The notes beneath the pieces are model-generated. The model searched no databases, was not told the origin of the DNA, and saw nothing but the letters and a program-made list of their open reading frames with translations. A stretch of DNA of 57,625 nt from a bacterium (GTDB lineage: Bacteria > Patescibacteriota > UBA1384 > CAILIB01 > JAUSJZ01). The DNA lies in the NCBI GenBank assembly GCA_030647115.1, contig JAUSJZ010000012.1, positions 1-57,625 of the forward strand. The letters are read 5' to 3'. The position numbers were made by a program, and so were the translations under genes. Of this stretch, positions 54,938 to 57,625 are shown piece after piece; the first letter of the stretch is position 1; every line of letters starts with the position of its first letter.

Positions 54938-54966
54938 TTGACAAAGAGGGTAAAAAGTGCTACAAT
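54938..54966 (+). promoter_or_regulatory. near-consensus sigma70-type promoter
   Basis: TTGACA, 17-nt spacer, TACAAT. Confidence 0.65.
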
Positions 54967-55015
54967 CGCTCAATCTGGGTTGCCAGAACAGCTTTCGGCG
55001 TCAAAGGAGGCATTC

Positions 55016-55219
55016 ATGACGCACCAGCTGGATTGGGTCGTGTGGTCCCTGATCGGGTTGGCGGTCGTTCTGGCCGTCGCCCTCGTCGGGGTGCTCTGGT
55101 CGGTCTTCGCCGGCCGGCCAGCAACCAAACGTAAAGACGACATCATCGAGGCCGAGTTCGTCTCCGCCCGTCAGGGCGGATTGACAACGGGTCGATACGA
55201 TGTCGACACCTACGCCTGA
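55016..55219 (+). CDS. G+C-rich small single-TM protein (67 aa)
   Basis: AAAGGAGG SD 6 nt before the ATG. TM segment WVVWSLIGLAVVLAVALVGVLWSVF. Confidence 0.55.
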   Translation: MTHQLDWVVWSLIGLAVVLAVALVGVLWSVFAGRPATKRKDDIIEAEFVSARQGGLTTGRYDVDTYA

Positions 55220-55221
55220 AG

Positions 55222-55244
55222 CCGGGGGTTCGCCCCCGGTTTTC
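55222..55244 (+). terminator. rho-independent terminator (repeated before each pilin paralog)
   Basis: ccggggg-ttcg-cccccgg followed by TTTTc. Copies also lie near 56020-56047 (diverged) and 56859-56880. Confidence 0.65.
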
Positions 55245-55300
55245 TTGTGCCCATTTTTTTTTATGGTACTTTAGAAGGAGTAACAAGTAAGGGGCATTAT

Positions 55301-55957
55301 ATGAGAACAAAAATGAAATCGGGTTTTACCGTCATTGAAGCGGTCATAATTGTGGTTTTGATAGCGGTAGTAGTGGCCGGTATCGCGATGACTAAAAAGA
55401 AGCAAGCTGTGACCACAGAGCCGACAGCCGCTCCAGCCACGACCGAAGCAACCAAGACCGAAACTAAAACTACTACGGCGGCCAAGACAGATAAGATGGC
55501 CGATTGGAAAACTTATTCGAATACTAAATATGGTTTTAGTTTTAAATACCCTAGCGATTGGAAGATGTCTGAAAATGGCGGCAATAATGCCGACCCTTCA
55601 GTGGTTAGTATCGTAAGTCCTGAAACACAAAAGGCTCCTGGTTCATCCCCAGATGATATGTCGGTCTATTACTATCCCTCCGTAGCAGATGAGCCCGAGA
55701 ATAAACTGAATAAATTAGGGGCAACTACACTTGATGACATGATTAAGAAGAATTCCATGATTACCAAGATTGGTTCAACGGAGATCGGTGGGGTTCAGGC
55801 AACAGATGTAATTTGGGGAGGATTGGGGTCATATTATGCTATCCTCACAACGAAGAATTCGCATCTTTATAAGGTTTGGTTTAGTAATACCTCTGACAAA
55901 AGTATGTTAACATCTGTTGAAAAACAGATTCTAGCCAGCTTTACTTTCACCAAGTAA
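55301..55957 (+). CDS. prepilin-type N-terminal cleavage/methylation domain protein, array copy 1
   Basis: GAAGGAG SD. MRTKMKSG|FTVIEAVIIVVLIAVV. Thr-rich linker. WKTYSNTKYGFSFKYP. Confidence 0.78.
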   Translation: MRTKMKSGFTVIEAVIIVVLIAVVVAGIAMTKKKQAVTTEPTAAPATTEATKTETKTTTAAKTDKMADWKTYSNTKYGFSFKYPSDWKMSENGGNNADPSVVSIVSPETQKAPGSSPDDMSVYYYPSVADEPENKLNKLGATTLDDMIKKNSMITKIGSTEIGGVQATDVIWGGLGSYYAILTTKNSHLYKVWFSNTSDKSMLTSVEKQILASFTFTK

Positions 55958-56104
55958 TCGGGAAAACAAAAAAAACCGCCGCTATCTAACATAGTCGGTG
56001 TGATGGGCGGCGACGTTGGTTGACCACGGGGGTCAAACCCCGGGTTTTCTTGTGCCCATTTTTTTTATGATACTTTAGAAGGAGTAACAAGTAAGGGGCA
56101 TTAT

Positions 56105-56749
56105 ATGAGAACAAAAATGAAATCGGGTTTTACCGTCATTGAAGCGGTCATAATTGTGGTTTTGATAGCGGTGGTAGCAGCCGGTATCGCGATGACTAAA
56201 AAGAAAACGGCGACGACGGAGCCGACAACTACTCCGACTGCAACCGAAGCAACCAAGACCGAGACTAAAACCACTACCTCGGCCAAGACAGATAAGATGG
56301 CCGATTGGAAAACTTATTCGAATACTAAATATGGTTTTAGCATAAAATATCCAAAGTTTGACTCGACCGGAGCAGTATCTGGCGGTGGAAATGAGGAATG
56401 GATTGCCAAGGAGTTTTCTGGTGGTGCAACGCGTGCATATATAAGCTTTGGGCCGCCAGGGTCTGCTCAAGGAGGTTATGTATGGGGGCTTTTAGTTACG
56501 GCCGGTACAACTATCGAGAAACAGATTGCAGGTCAAGGAGATCAATGGTCGGATCGCAAGGAGTCAAGGAGCACCGTGACTCTTGACGGATTAAGTGCAA
56601 CTGTTGTGACTGTTACAACAGCAAGTCAGACCGATTGGACCTCTAAGACAGTCTATTTCGAGAAAGATGACAATATATATGAAATCAGCACTAGCGCAAT
56701 CACTAGTTCATTTGATAATTTCTATAAGAGTTTTCAATTCACGAAATAG
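56105..56749 (+). CDS. prepilin-type N-terminal cleavage/methylation domain protein, array copy 2
   Basis: Same N-terminal ~80 aa as copy 1. The C-terminal domain is divergent. Confidence 0.78.
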   Translation: MRTKMKSGFTVIEAVIIVVLIAVVAAGIAMTKKKTATTEPTTTPTATEATKTETKTTTSAKTDKMADWKTYSNTKYGFSIKYPKFDSTGAVSGGGNEEWIAKEFSGGATRAYISFGPPGSAQGGYVWGLLVTAGTTIEKQIAGQGDQWSDRKESRSTVTLDGLSATVVTVTTASQTDWTSKTVYFEKDDNIYEISTSAITSSFDNFYKSFQFTK

Positions 56750-56789
56750 AATTTGCCGCCAAAGTAGCCCGGTTTGCTTGACTTTAAAA

Positions 56790-56855
56790 AACGAGGACGA
56801 CATCATCGAGGCCCAGTTCGCTCCCGTCCGACAGGATGTCGACACCTACGCCTGA
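56790..56855 (+). pseudogene. 3'-terminal remnant of a 55016..55219-type small-protein gene
   Basis: EDDIIEAQFAPVRQDVDTYA-stop matches KDDIIEAEFVSARQG...YDVDTYA-stop. No start codon or TM part upstream. Confidence 0.55.
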
Positions 56856-56936
56856 AACCCGGGGGTTCGCCCCCGGTTTTCTTGTGCCCATTTTTTTTGT
56901 GGTACTTTAGAAGGAATAACAAGTAAGGGATATTAT

Positions 56937-57620
56937 ATGAGAACAAAAAATAAATCGGGTTTTACGGTTGTTGAGGCCGTCGTGATAGTGGTTTTGATAG
57001 CGGTAGTAGTGGCCGGTATTTCGATGGCCAAAAAGAAGACAGCGACTAGTACCGACGTGGGTTCGGTGACGACGGAGCCGACAACTACACCAGCCACAAC
57101 CGAAGCGAAAAAGACCGAGACTAAAACCACTACTGCGGCTAAGACAGATAAGACGGCAGATTGGAAGACATTCAGCAGCAATCAATATGGTTACAGTGTT
57201 AAGTATCCGGCTGCTTGGAAAGTAGAAGATATTAGTAAATTCGGTATCGTGACATTTGCTGACCCCACCAAACAAGCTGATAATGAAAAACAGAAGCAAG
57301 GTGACGGTGGTGAACTTGTATATAATATCGTCATCGTGTATGCCAGTTCGGTAGCAACAGAATCGGAAAATGTGAGTAACAAGTGGGGAGCCAAAACTTT
57401 AGCTGAATTGATGGCTAAAACTGATATGATTACCCCGATTGGTGACACAACCTTAGGTGGCCAACCGGCCAAGGATATGATAATCCGTGGTTATATGCCC
57501 TATACAATTATGTCTATTCATAATGGCCATTTTTATAAAGTAGCTACATTTGCCGCTGGTAAAAATGATCTGAGTACTGAAGTAAAACAAATCCTAGCCA
57601 GTTTTACTTTCACTAAGTAA
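56937..57620 (+). CDS. prepilin-type N-terminal cleavage/methylation domain protein, array copy 3
   Basis: MRTKNKSG|FTVVEAVVIVVLIAVV. The C-terminus ILASFTFTK is shared with copy 1. Confidence 0.78.
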   Translation: MRTKNKSGFTVVEAVVIVVLIAVVVAGISMAKKKTATSTDVGSVTTEPTTTPATTEAKKTETKTTTAAKTDKTADWKTFSSNQYGYSVKYPAAWKVEDISKFGIVTFADPTKQADNEKQKQGDGGELVYNIVIVYASSVATESENVSNKWGAKTLAELMAKTDMITPIGDTTLGGQPAKDMIIRGYMPYTIMSIHNGHFYKVATFAAGKNDLSTEVKQILASFTFTK

Positions 57621-57625
57621 TCGGG

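Larger units (their letters stand above)
55222..57625 (+). repeat. tandem ~0.8-kb duplication units (three, truncated by the window end), each with terminator, promoter, SD and a pilin-like gene
   Basis: Start-to-start spacing is 804 and 832 nt. The upstream ~80 nt and the first ~240 coding nt are near-identical between units 1 and 2. Confidence 0.8.

Overview
This is a 57.6-kb chromosomal window from a small-genome bacterium. Gene content and organisation look CPR/Patescibacteria-like, but taxonomy cannot be fixed from sequence alone.

**Backbone.** The backbone is ordinary housekeeping DNA:
- a partial two-component pair;
- a complete type IV pilus operon on the minus strand (pilB-pilC-pilM-pilN-pilO plus a distal secreted protein);
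- dnaX, a ferredoxin, nfo, dnaB, groES/groEL and efp;
- rpsF-ssb-rpsR, a Xer-type recombinase, a PAP2 phosphatase, uppP, pcm and uvrD/pcrA;
- a G5/DPBB wall protein, rsmA(ksgA), an OmpR-type regulator and an NRAMP transporter;
- acylphosphatase, metG, a DMT transporter, tatD, a DsbA-like protein and mnmA;
- recG, comEA, tRNA-Leu(UAG) and a tandem array of three prepilin-like genes that runs into the window edge.

I saw no rRNA, CRISPR array, transposase or phage structural genes.

**Main signal.** A second layer is superimposed on this backbone. At least ten visibly G+C-rich transcription units sit exactly between housekeeping genes. Most carry their own promoter, a strong Shine-Dalgarno site, 1-3 ORFs (two units have none) and a terminator placed shortly after the stop codon. 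They encode about 13 proteins, and I recognise only one of them (a lipase with LGFP repeats). Three units lie beside a shared long-hairpin repeat of about 180-225 bp, which I call the A family (4 copies, with compensatory arm changes). One A copy has an 'empty' site with a decayed promoter.

**Other repeat layers:**
- a second hairpin family (B, 2 copies);
- a 22-24 bp perfect palindrome that is nested inside one A copy and one B copy.

**Other notable points:**
- an HU/IHF-like domain fused to PilB;
- an att-like duplication of the tRNA-Leu 3' end;
- poly-T tracts of different length in the promoter spacers of the pilin paralogs;
- two ORF-less promoter-to-terminator units (candidate ncRNAs);
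- a widespread leaderless promoter architecture on backbone genes.

**Limits.** All functional calls rest on motif recognition by eye. No database search, GC computation or RNA folding was run.
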